Of a stretch of 64,000 nucleotides of DNA, positions 12,900 to 24,362 are shown one piece after another. The stretch's first letter is position 1. The number at the start of each line of letters is the position of its first letter. The DNA comes from Octopus vulgaris (taxonomy: Eukaryota): positions 11,098,001 through 11,162,000 of the forward strand of contig OX597816.1 of NCBI GenBank assembly GCA_951406725.2, written 5' to 3'. Under the pieces are notes generated by a model. It ran no database searches, had not been told where the DNA came from, and was given only the letters and a program-made list of their open reading frames with translations. Position numbers and translations under genes: made by a program.

Positions 12900-13701
12900 A
12901 ACAACAAACAAGATGAGGACAAATATCCGTCAAATGTAAATAATGTATATATGTGTGAAACAAAAAATGGTGTGTTTGGTAAAAAGGAAAATTTCCAGCA
13001 GTAGCAGAAGCAGGGGGAAGAAAATTGATAAAGAAGAAAGAAAAGCTAACATCACACGTTCATTAAGGAATTGTAAAATCGTTCCTATGAAATCTTTATC
13101 TCTAATTCTTGTATGCATTCTTCAGCTGCAATTCCTAACCTATGATATTGATTTTCCTAAATATTTGGGAACCTTTACAATGAACTCATTCAATTTACTT
13201 CTCTTTCCAATAATGGTAACCTGGTAATTTGAAAGATGCTAATCAAGTAATTATTCGTCAATCAAACCCAAATCTTCGTGTTCTAAGTTCCTGCTTCAAA
13301 TACTACTGCGTGTGTCACGTGGCAGCAGAGACAAATGATGATTACAGCTCAAGAATTGTCTGCGATAATAAGAAATAGCAAGCTTTTATATGCTGAGCGC
13401 ATTGCATCTATTTAATGTAATGTAGACGCAAGTGCAGTGTGAATGTAGAAAGCTAAATTTCTTATCAGTAATTATAAAATGAATACAACACGAATCATTT
13501 GCGGAGTTTCATTTGACCACTTCTACATGCAGTCACTTGACCGGCAAATATTTCATCCGAATCTTGCTCTCTCTACCTCTTTTTTTTTCTTTTTTTTTTC
13601 TCCTTTATTTGTTTCTGTCACTGGACTGTGGCCATATTGGGGAACTGCATTAAAGAGTTTTAATCCAACAAATCCACTTCATCATCATCATCATCATTTA
13701 A

Positions 13702-13921
13702 CCCTTTCATTACCAGCCCGGTTGAAACCGGCTCTGGCTTTAAGTAGAAAAGTCTTGTTTTCATAAGTTTTGAACCAAAACCTTCCACCAAACTTTAGTC
13801 ACAATTTATGTTCCTAACACTGACTTAATGATAACGAAGTTAATTTACTAAATTCTTTGTTATATTTAAAGTAATTGAAAGAAACACAGAGCATCTCAAA
13901 ATAGATACAGTAACGAAAGGG
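13702..13921. mobile_element. piggyBac-type MITE
   Basis: TTAA|ccctttcattac ... gtaacgaaaggg|TTAA; inserted into the TTAA of an RTE 3' tail. Confidence 0.85.
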
Positions 13922-14427
13922 TTAACATCTGCTTTCCATGCTGGCATGGGTTGGACAGGTTAACAGGAGCCAGCAAAGCAGGAGCCTGCACTAGACTTCT
14001 CTCATACTTATTCTATTGGCCCCTTTGGCTGACCTACTAAATTATCTGGACATAAACAAACCAGCACCAGTCGTCAAGCAATTGTGGGACAAAGACACAC
14101 ACACACAAACACATGTGTATATATGTTAAGTGACACAAGTATGGAATGCTTATATTCAGGTGCAAAAACAAATTAATAAAAAAATGTTGGTTTTTACCTG
14201 ATGTCCACTCCCTCGTTAAGCATGCTACAGGTATGCACCAAATTTGTGAAAATTAGTGAAGTGCAACATTCATTGAATTGTTGAACAGAAACTCAGGGTC
14301 TTGGATGTAAGTCTTACACACCTGAGTCATTTAATAAATTTAGTCATCTATTTTCAATGATGCTGAGGTCTAGTTCTTTTGTTTTTTACATGGGGTTTGT
14401 CTATGTGTGTGTGTATGTGTGTTTTCC

Positions 14428-14690
14428 ATCATCACTTTTTAACATCCACCTTCCATGCTGGCATGGGCTGGATGGTTTGACTGAGGACTGGCAACCCAGG
14501 AGGCTGCACCAGGCTCCAATCTGTTCAGGCAAGGTTCCTACTGCAGGATGCCCTTCCTAATGCCAACCACTCGAGAGCGTAGTGGGTGCTTTTTATGTGC
14601 CAGTCAAGTGGCACTGGCAATGAACATGCTTGAATGGTGCTTTTTACGTGCAGCCAGCATTCAGTCAGGCGGCACTGGCATCGGCCACAA
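14428..14690 (-). mobile_element. RTE LINE 3'UTR fragment
   Basis: Shared RTE 3' motif. Confidence 0.7.
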
Positions 14691-15154
14691 ATACTGAACA
14701 GTGAGAATGGGTGCTCAACACCACATTGGTGGATAAATATTCTTTATCAATCGGTTAACAAAGCTACCAAGTGTTTCACATAGGCACAATCTCTTAACAA
14801 TTATCAAGCCTGCAACATGAGAATATTGGTACTTGTCTCCATTTTGGACAAGAGAGAATTTATATACATGTATGTATGTATATGTGTGTGTATACACACA
14901 CAAGCTTCCAATCATTTCCCTCAACCATATTCATGCACATGCACAAATACACATATGCATACACACATGTTATATGCACACACAATGGGCTTCTTTCAGT
15001 TTCTACTTACCAAATCTACAACAAGATTTTGATCAACTCAGGGCTATAAGTAGAAGATACTTGCCCAAGGTACCATGCAGTAGGACTGAACCCTAAACCT
15101 CATGTTTGGGAATCAAGCTTCTAAACTGCACAGTCATACCTGCCTGCAGCTTAG

Positions 15155-15375
15155 CCCTTTTGTAACCAACCCAGCTGAAACCACCTCTGGCCCTGTAGTA
15201 CAAATGTCTTGTTTCCATTCGTTCTGAATCAAAATCTTCCACCAAACCTTAGTCACAATTTATGTTCCTAACACTAGTTTAATGATAACTAAGTTATTTT
15301 ACTAAATTCTTTGTTATATTTAAAATAATTGAAAGAAACACGGAGCATCTCAACAGAAATATAGTATCGAAAGGG
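15155..15375. mobile_element. piggyBac-type MITE, second copy
   Basis: ttag|cccttttgtaac ... gtatcgaaaggg|ttaa; colinear with 13702-13921. Confidence 0.8.
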
Positions 15376-16218
15376 TTAAATTATACTTAAATGCATAATT
15401 TATAACCAGTAATTAAAATCTATTCTTTCATAATGTCTTTGAAGTATCATTTAATAAAGAAGATGGGAAATGAAAGTGATGCTTTTAGATCAAAGCCTGT
15501 TTATTCTCAAACTTCTCATCTTGTGTTCTTTATCTGTCTTTTGTTTGTCCAGTATTTGATGTAAAATGCAATATCTTCCATGGTGACAGCTGTACACAAA
15601 AAAAAAGAAATCTATGTTGAAAATCATTGAGCCATATTATGATAGATTAAGGTATTTGTCCCAAAGTCTAGATTCTTTACATTTAAAGACTCAGTTTCCA
15701 ATATAATCTGCAAATCGAAATTTCAACATTAAAATAGGAATTTGACAGTTTGAATTTTCGACACCCACCCTCTGTTTTATAAATGAATCATTGTTCTGTA
15801 TGAAAACTGGTTAACAATTGAGAAAAAATTGATTGAACGGAAATATATTTGTAACTAAAAAGAAATTATGAAGCTTCTAAGGTTTTATTAAGAATGTTGA
15901 TAAATGTTTCCAAGAGGAGAGTTTCTTTAGAAATGAAATGAAGATATATAAATGTATGAGGTTGAGTCAAAAGTTGGATTTTCACCAATGATATTTGGTA
16001 ACTTGTCTCTTCAACTTATATCCTTAGTTTGACAAAACAAGTTCAGGAATTGTTTATTCCTTATTTTCATATACTGGATAAACCACCTACACCTGGATAC
16101 ATCTCAACCAACAACAACTCCCTGCTTGAGTGGTCCATGGTGTCCCAAAATAATTAACTTAAATAATTTTTTTCCAGATGGTGCTAATGAGTTAGTTATG
16201 GCCGAGACTGATAATTGT

Positions 16219-16586
16219 TTCTTTATTGCCCACAAGGGGCTAAACATAGAGGGGACAAACAAGGATAGACAAACGGATGAAGTTGATTACATCAGCCCCA
16301 GTGCGTAACTGGTACTTAATTTATCGACCCCGAAAGAATGAAAGGCAAAGTCGACCTCGGCGAAATTTGAACTCAGAACATAATGGTAGACGAAATACAG
16401 CTACGCATTTCGCCCGGTGTGCTAACGATTCTGCCAGCTTGATACCTTTTCATTTTTGCCAGCTGAGTGGACTGGAGCAACGTGAAATGAAGTGTTTTGC
16501 TCAAGAACACAACACGCCACCCGTACCAGGAATCGAAACCACAATCTTACAATCATGATGCTGACACCCTTAACACTAAGCCACGC
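16219..16586 (-). mobile_element. SINE B (16219-16440) abutting a SINE D head (about 16450-16586)
   Basis: Family B consensus, then reverse strand gcgtggcttagtgttaaggg...ggtttcgattcctgg...ttgagcaaaacacttc. Confidence 0.75.
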
Positions 16587-16668
16587 TGATAATGGCTGGA
16601 ACCAATCTAAGTTATCTGTTATAATATATAAACCTTAATTGTTCATTCTATATTTTACAGCTTTGATA

Positions 16669-16858
16669 ATGGATAGTGAAAAAATTGCAATTGAACCCAT
16701 TTCCGGCTATGAATGAAAGAAAAGACTGCATTTAAGGGCAGTGGCAAAAGAAATTTATGGTGTTGAAGCCCCAGAAACTGTCAATGAATGTGTGGTACAA
16801 ACCTAGTTTAGAACTTTGAAGGAAGGTGACGTCAGTTTTGAAAACAGACCAAGGTCAC
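16669..16858 (+). pseudogene. mariner transposase N-terminal HTH remnant
   Basis: MDSEKIAIEPISGYE*KKRLHLRAVAKEIYGVEAPETVNECVVQT*FRTLKEGDVSFENRPRS (compare WF.RF..GD.SLED.PRSG). Confidence 0.7.
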
Positions 16859-17149
16859 ACTTCAATTGTTCACAGCATTGGTTGATGGTACTGCAGTGAC
16901 AGTAACTTAACCCCACTCAGCTAGTTTGTATGGAGTTACCCTCTCTTAGAAGAACAACTAAAACTTTGAAGGGTTTCATTTTCCCAGAATCTGTCACAGC
17001 ATTTATGAGTGACCTTTCAGAAGCAATTCCCTGATATGCTAATTAAGTCATAGCTGGGATCCTGACAGGCACTATTACTCTGGGTCAGTGTAGATCTGGA
17101 AACAACAGTGGCTAAGAAATGGTTAAAAAAATAAATGCACCCTTTTTTT

Positions 17150-17387
17150 TAAAGCCTAGCCAGGCTCATGGGCCAGGTTTCCCGGTTTCTATGGTGTATG
17201 TGTTCCCCAGCAGAACGGGATGCCAGTCTATTGCAGCGTTACTCATTTTTGCCAGCTGAGTGAACTGGAGCAACATGAAATGAAGTGTTTTGCTCAAGAA
17301 CACAATGTGTCACCCGGTCCAGGAATCAAAACCACAGTCTTACGATCATGATGCTGACACCCTAACCACTAAGCCACATGCCTCCAC
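17150..17387 (-). mobile_element. tRNA-headed SINE family D
   Basis: Reverse strand tggaggcatgtggcttagtggttagggtg...ggttttgattcctgg; 3' module gactggcatcccg...gaaaccgggaaacc. Confidence 0.75.
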
Positions 17388-17699
17388 TAAGAAGTGGAAA
17401 CTCTGGAACTCCTGAATTGAGGCCCAAAACTTGATCCAGTTTAAATTTATACCCAGGAAAATACACACACACCCACACATACATACATTAAGCGCATTCC
17501 AGAAGGCCTGAAACTTTTTTAAGAGAGGCAGTTAAAACTGTGCTAGATTATTGTAATTTTAGTATATCATTACCATAAATCTAATAAGCTGACCTGCCAT
17601 TCTTTGTTATTCCAGATTGAAGAAGATAGCAGCAATGGCCCTTTGAACACCCTACTAAACACTGCTTATCAAAGCTGAATGCATGGCAGAATGCAGTGA

Positions 17700-18300
17700 G
17701 GATGGGAAAACAATTTAGAAACCTGCTACGTAATAAAATTTTGTATTAAATTAGGTTAAAATGCCATAGAGACTTATGAAATGCTCCAGACTGGTCGTGG
17801 ATGAACTTGTATGAGCTGAGCATCTGGTTTCTGTTGGTACAGGAGTCCAGGAAAAGTAAGTCTACCAAGAAGCTCATGATGATCCCCTTTTTCGACAAGG
17901 GCATTATCAATATCTGCTGGTTTCCCTCTGACCAAACGGTTGATAAAGAATACTTTGTGGAGGTTTTGGGGGAATTCTGGAAGAGATTTCATTGCAAAAG
18001 GCCAAAACACATGCATCAGGACAATGGACCAGTCCACAATTCCATCCTGGTAACCGATTACCTGACAGGAGATGGGCACCAAAACTCACCCTCATCGCCC
18101 CTACACTTCAGACCTTGCTCCCTATGACTTTAGGTTGTTCCCAAAGCTGAAGAAGATGAAGCAGGCTGTGAAAAAGGGTCCTGGACACCTTCACTTCAGA
18201 GGGCTTCCACGAGGCCTTCACAAAGTGGCCGGAGTGCGACAACAAGACGATTGAAGTCAGAGGATCCAACATTGAAGAAGATTAGAGTTTTGTACTTCTT
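17700..18300 (+). pseudogene. Decayed, internally deleted mariner transposase
   Basis: IKFCIKLG*NAIETYEML; KLMMIPFFDKGI..QTVDKEYF; HQDNGPVH; HRPYTSDLAPYDFRLFPKLK (YSPDLAP.D motif). Confidence 0.85.
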
Positions 18301-18496
18301 TGAAATAAAAAAATGCCTTTCCTGCCAATATTTACCTATTTTGTCTTTTTAAAAATTTCAATTATGTTTGTGGCATCAGTATTTCGAAATTAAGAATTAT
18401 TCTGGTTCTTCATTGATTTTAATTTTTCATTGTTCCATAGATTCTGTTAATGTTTCGCATTATAATTTCAATGATGACATATTTCATTTATTCATC

Positions 18497-18548
<52 letters not shown>

Positions 18549-18936
18549 TTCAGTAAAAGAATAATACTCATACACAAGATGCCACTCCAACTGTGAAAGA
18601 GGAGAGAATATATATATAATTTTTTTTTTTAGCATTTGGGACTCAAATGGAGTTACGTATCATCTTCTTTAGTATCACACAGCACAATGGATGTCAAAAA
18701 ATATTTCTTCAAAACTTATAATCATGCTGTGATTTGGAATTTTCAATACAGCCAAAAAGAATTCTTTGGTACTTTGAGACAGTCTTATTATCGAATGTAA
18801 GTATTGTTGTCTAGATTGAGTAATTTTAGAATTCTTTCACACTATATATTTCCTTAGCTTTTTTTTATTTAATCACATTGAAATATTTCTCATTAAATAG
18901 TATATATTATAGATCTGTATGGGAGTTATATATTCC

Positions 18937-19994
18937 CTCTACTGTAGGCACAAGGCCTGAAATTTTGGGGGTAGGGGGAGCCAGTTGATTAGATTGACCC
19001 CAGTATGCAACTGGTAGTTAAGTTATTGATCCTGAAAAGATAAAAGGCAAAGTCGATCTCGGCGGAATTTGAACTCAGAACGTAGCAGCAGATGAAATAC
19101 TGCTAAGCATTTCGCCCAGTATGCTAACAATTCTGCCAGCTCACTACTTTTGATGATAATCCTTTCTACTGGAAGCACAAGGTCTTGAATTTGGGGTAAG
19201 GGATTAAATTGATTACATTGACCCCAGTGCATAACTGGTATTTATTTAGTAGACCTCGAAAGGATGAAAGGCAAAGTCGACCCTGGCAGCATTTGAAATC
19301 AGAACGTAAAGATGAACAAAATACTGCTAAGCATTTTCGCCATCATGCTAATGATTCTTTTCTACTCTAGGTACAAGGACTGAAATTTTGGGGGAGTGGG
19401 CCAGTCAATTAGATTGCCTCCAGTATGTAACTGGTACTTAATTTATCAACCCCAAAAAGATGAAAAAGAAAGTCAACCTCAGCAGAATTTGAACTCAGAA
19501 TGTAGCGGTAGATGAAATACTGCTAAGCATTTTGCCCGGAGTGCTAATGTTTCTTATTTCTTTATTGTCCACAAAGGGCTAAACACAGAGAGGACAAACA
19601 AGGACAGACAAAGGGATTAAGTCGATTATATCAACCCCAGTGCGTAACTGGTACTTAATTTATTGACCCTGAAAGGATGAAAGGCAAAGTCGACCTCGGC
19701 GGAATTTGAACTCAGAATGTAAGGGCAGACGAAATACGGCTTAGCACTTTGCCCGGTGTGCTTCACCGCTTTAGACTAGTCATTTATACTCTAGGTACAA
19801 GACCCAAAAATTTTTGGAGAGGGGGCCAGTCAATTAGATCGACCCCAGTATGCAACTGGTACTTAATTTATCAACCCTGAAAAGATGAAAGGCAAAGTCA
19901 ACCTCAGTGGAATTCGAACTCAGAACATAGTGGCAGACGAAATACTGCTAAGTATTTCGCCCAGCATGCTAACGATTCTGCCAACTCACCACCT
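18937..19994 (-). mobile_element. Cluster of five head-to-tail SINE B copies
   Basis: Core aactggtacttaatttat..accc.gaaag.atgaaaggcaaagtcgacctc recurs at about 19010, 19235, 19430, 19650 and 19855. Confidence 0.85.
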
Positions 19995-20477
19995 TATTGG
20001 AGTTGTATATTGTTCTTTTCTAAAATTGGTGAATGAATACAGGTTCTGCTAGTGCCAATGTGTCTTTAGTTAGATGGTAGACCGAAAAGAATCAGTTTTT
20101 TTTTCTTTTTCTTTTTATACCAAATAGTGTTTTTGTTAGATTTTTTGTTAAAAATATGGTAAGAATTTGTGGTTTGTGTAGTAGTGTAGTTGTTGTTATT
20201 CAGCTCCAAGTGGACCTTGATTAAGCAGATCTGTGGCCAAAGCCATTCCAGATGTGACCAACAGCCTCATTCTTTTAAAGGCATCTATGATTATGTTATC
20301 TAATGTTTCCATCTTTTTTTAAGGTGTAAAATGGGATTTAAGAAAAATTTGGCTGCTATTTTTAGGAAGTTCAGTAACCTCCTAAATGCTTTCTCTTTCT
20401 CTTTTGCTTTCTCTCAAACACACACACACTCTCTCTCTCTCTTGTTATTGTTATACTGCCAACAAGCTACCCTTAAT

Positions 20478-21197
20478 CAGGAATAGAGACCGAGACCTAT
20501 GGAAGTATGCTGTGCGTGAGAAGACCCGGCAAGACTAGTGAGGCCATAACCCGTGGCCCCTACCTGGGACGTAGTCAGTCCACCTGTGCATACCTTCCTT
20601 CTTGTGACACTTGTGAAGACCTGTTGAGGCAAGTGAAAATCAAACTAAATCAAAATAGATGAACATCAATGGAATTTGTATCTTTGTGGTACCAGTGCTG
20701 GTGGCGCATAAGAAAACCATCCGAACGTGGCTGTAGCCAGTACCGCATCGACTGGCCTCCGTGCTGTGGGCACGTAACAAACACCATCCGATCGTGGCCG
20801 TTCGCCAGCCTCGTCTGGCACCTGTGTCGGTGGCACATAAAAAACACCATCCAAGCGTGGCCATTCGCCAGCCTCGTCTGGCACCTGTGTTGGTGGCACA
20901 TAAAAAACACCATCCGAGCGTGGCCGTCTGCCAGCCTTGTCTGGCACCTGTGTCGGTGGCACATAAAAAACACCATCCGAGCGTGGCCGTTCGCCAGCCA
21001 CGTCTGGCACCTGTGTCGGTGGCACATAAAATCACCCACTACACTCTCGGAGTGGTTGGCGTTAGGAAGGGCATCCAGCTGTAGAAACACTGCCAGATCT
21101 GACTGGCCTGGTGCAGCCTTCGGGCTCCCCAGACCCCAGTTGAACCGTCCAACCCATGCTAGCATGGAAAGCGGACGTTAAACGATGATGATGATGT
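20478..21197 (+). mobile_element. RTE LINE 3' end with 63-bp tandem repeats in the 3'UTR
   Basis: ORF tail DRDLWKYAVREKTRQD*. About 4-5 units of gcacataaaaaacaccatccgagcgtggccgttcgccagcctcgtctggcacctgtgtcggtg (20700-21030). (GAT)n tail. Confidence 0.8.
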
Positions 21198-21562
21198 TGA
21201 TCTCTGATTAAGGGTGTTCCATTCCAGCCTTGGCAATTCCATCTTATATTTCCAGACAATGGAATACGTTACTCAGTGTGTCCTTCCATTTTTGAAGATG
21301 GGAGAATAAGACTTGAAAGATATTTGGTTGATAGTTTTAGCAAATTGAGTACTGAAATGATATATCATCTCCTGAAATATCATTTAATATATTTGTGTCA
21401 CAATGCAATGCAAGTATAAAAATGTGAGCATTGAGATCACTAACAAGGGGGTGGGGTGTGGGGAAGATTTTATATTTTCAGATCAAGATTATTTAGGTGT
21501 ATTTGTGAAACAATAGGTGAAAATTGTTATGGCATATAAGAATGTTAATGTACCTGCATAAA

Positions 21563-22810
21563 CAGGGAGGGGCAAAAGTAGGTATACAGATAAGTTCTTT
21601 CCATTTCTCCAGTTATTTTTTAGGTTAAGAATTCTATCATTTTATGTTTTCCTGGGGGCAAAAATTCTATTATATTATGTTTGCCTGGGGGCTAAAATTC
21701 TATCATTTTATGTTTTCCTGGGAGCTAAAATTCTATCATTTCATATTTTCCTGGGGGCTAAAATTCTATCATTTCATGTTTTCCTGGGGGTTAAAATTCT
21801 ATCATTTCATGTTTTCCTGGGGGTTAAAATTCTATCATTTCATGTTTTCCTGGGAGCTAAAATTCTATCATTTCATATTTTCCTGGGGGCTAAAATTCTA
21901 TCATTTCATGTTTTCCTGGGGGTTAAAATTCTATCATTTCATGTTTGCCTGGGGGCTAAAATTCTATCATTTTATGTTTTCCTGGGACCTAAAATTCTAT
22001 CATTTCATATTTTCCTGGGGGCTAAAATTCTATCATTTCATGTTTTCCTGGGGGCTAAAATTCTATTATTTTATGTTTTCCTGGGAGCTAAAATTCTATC
22101 ATTTTATGTTTTCCTGGGAGCTAAAATTCTATCATTTCATATTTTCCTGGGGGCTAAAATTCTATCATTTCATGTTTTCCTGGGGGTTAAAATTCTATTA
22201 TTTTATGTTTGCTTGGGGGGCTAAAAAGTAATAACATTGTCCTGCGTTAGACCGCCACATTATGTTGGCAAATAAATTTTACTGTAAAAAAAACTTTACT
22301 GTACAGTACTGTTACTACTCAGAAATTTAAAACCAGCTTTTTTACATTCTTTTTGACTAATTCTTTCCATGATAAAATAATTGTCCCTAATTTCAGATAT
22401 TTAATATATATGGCTGGAAATTTGACCAATGGTGAGTGAAAGTGGACCATCAAGCAGTACTGGAAAACAGAGAATGCAGAATTGGTTAGACAGAAATGGA
22501 CGGAAGAACTTCAAAGACCAGGTCCAGCAAGATTAACGGTTTATGGAATATGTGACAAATTCGAGAAGACTATGTCCATCTGCAATGCAAAGAAAAGTGG
22601 TCGACCTGTCAGTTTTACCACTGAAGAAAATGAAATGCTTATGGCTCAAGCATTCACTCAAAGTCAGTAGAAATCAAAAAAGAGGGCTTCCAATGAACTA
22701 GGCATCTCCCACAGATTCCTTCGTTGACTTACGAATTGCTTACAAATAGAGAAATGAAAAGAACTTTTCACTCATATAAAGGATTTGTTTACCTACTTTT
22801 GCCCTCACCC
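21563..22810 (+). mobile_element. Tc1/mariner deletion derivative with TIRs, internal 33-bp satellite and N-terminal transposase remnant
   Basis: Left cagggaggggcaaaagtaggtataca versus right tgtttacctacttttgccctcaccc. 22410-22730 encodes MAGNLTNGE*KWTIKQYWKT..VRQKW..PARLTVYGICDKFEKT..KKSGRP (DUF4817-like HTH). Confidence 0.75.
21625..22227. repeat. 33-bp minisatellite, about 18 units, with 4-unit higher-order periodicity
   Basis: Unit ctaaaattctatcatttcatgttttcctggggg. Confidence 0.95.
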
Positions 22811-23573
22811 ATGTGTGTGTGTGTGTGTGTGCGTGTGTGCATACGTGTGTGTGTGCGTATGTGTGTGTGTGTGTGTGTGTGCGTGTGTGTGTGAATCTGA
22901 ATTAATATTGCTAGACTTAGGCATGTCATGAGCCTGAGGACTAAAAGGCTCAGGGCTACCCCGGTTTCCATGACATATAAGAGATCAAAAAATTACAAGA
23001 CTCTACCCTAAATGGAAAGATAATCGGTTGCAGAATTAACTTCTCAGCTGTGGCTGTAACCCATTTATATCTTGCTCTACCGATGTATGTATAATTAGGT
23101 ATATATACACATGTGTACCTGTGTATATGAGTTCCTATGCATATATATATATATATATGTATATATATACGTCCATACATGTACGTAGGCACATGTATCT
23201 AGTAGTATGTATATGCTCATATACTTGGATGTGTGTGTGTGATTGCATATATATATATATATATGTGTGCATGTATGTATGTATGTATGTATATCTCTGT
23301 ATATACGTATGTGTCTAAGCACGAACACAAAAAAATCTTCATCTAAGTATTATCTTCCATTCAACTTCTTTCCTTTTCTTTCTCTTAACAGTTACAACAG
23401 CAAAAGCTGATTACGTCATTTTATCTAAACTGGAATGCCTATTTTCCTCGTTCATATTTGAATTTTTGCATTTAGATAACTTTTCTTTGATTTTACTCAT
23501 TCTTGAATCTGATGGACATATAGCGGTACGTAAGCTGACTCAAGAAATCTCTAGTGAGACTTTTTTATTCATG

Positions 23574-23736
23574 TACCCAAAGAGACCCAGATTGATAGGT
23601 CGAAACATGTGTTGTGGTAAATAAAATCTATTACACAACCCATCTCCTATCTTAGTAATACTGTAACCCCAACCACCACTATGAAGTTCCTGTGGTAAAT
23701 CTATGAATAACAACAGGTAATCGAAACTCTGCCAGT
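23574..23736 (+). ncRNA. Two degenerate hammerhead-like motifs in tandem
   Basis: ccaaaga-gacc..ggtc-GAAA-catgtgtt and cact-atgaagt-tcctgt..acaggtaatc-GAAA-ctctgcc-agt; first core strands mutated. Confidence 0.4.
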
Positions 23737-23780
23737 ACTTTACTCATCATCCATTTATACATTATGTACAATTTCTCCAT

Positions 23781-23812
<32 letters not shown>

Positions 23813-23833
23813 TAGCATCAAACTATAAATTTC

Positions 23834-23869
<36 letters not shown>

Positions 23870-23955
23870 GAAATTTACAGAAAAGAAAAAAGACAAAGAC
23901 AGGTGTATAAACAATAAACAGGTGTATTAGTTTGATGCTGGGAAGTTGAGAAAGT

Positions 23956-23991
23956 CTTTTACATTTCAAGCCTATGCTCTTCAGCAGAAAC
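23956..23991 (-). ncRNA. Penelope-type minimal hammerhead motif, near consensus
   Basis: Reverse strand gttt-CTGCTGA-a-gagc-atag-gctt-GAAA-tgta-aaag; embedded between TA microsatellites. Confidence 0.6.
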
Positions 23992-24086
23992 GAACATGAG
24001 GAAATAAACAGAGGGAAAATATAAAAAGCTTTAGTGGCTAGCAGTCGATCATGGCAATAGGTGTATATATTGACACACACACACAC

Positions 24087-24133
<47 letters not shown>

Positions 24134-24136
<3 letters not shown>

Positions 24137-24362
24137 CTTTACTATCCACAAGGGGCTAAACACAGAGGGGACAAACAAGGACAGACAAAGGGATTAAGTC
24201 GATTACATCGACCACAGTGTGTAACTGGTACTTAATTTATCGACCCCGAAAGGATGAAAGGCAAAGTGGACCTCGGTGGAATTTGAACTCAGAACGTAAC
24301 GGCAGACGAAATATCGCTAAGCATTTCGCCCAGCGTACTAAAGTTTCTGCCAGCTCGCCGCC
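24134..24362 (-). mobile_element. SINE family B, full length
   Basis: Matches family B consensus. Confidence 0.85.

Noticed and set aside
20640-21181. Five overlapping 100-170 aa ORFs
   Set aside because: Products of the 63-bp tandem repeat in an RTE 3'UTR.
21625-22227. CRISPR array, or a real 195-aa (MFSWGLKFYHF)n protein
   Set aside because: Units are contiguous with no unique spacers and there are no cas genes; the ORF exists only because the 33-bp unit lacks stops in one frame.
22621-22645. CTGAAGA..GAAA as a hammerhead
   Set aside because: Lies in Tc1/mariner coding sequence and has no stem II or stem I pairing.
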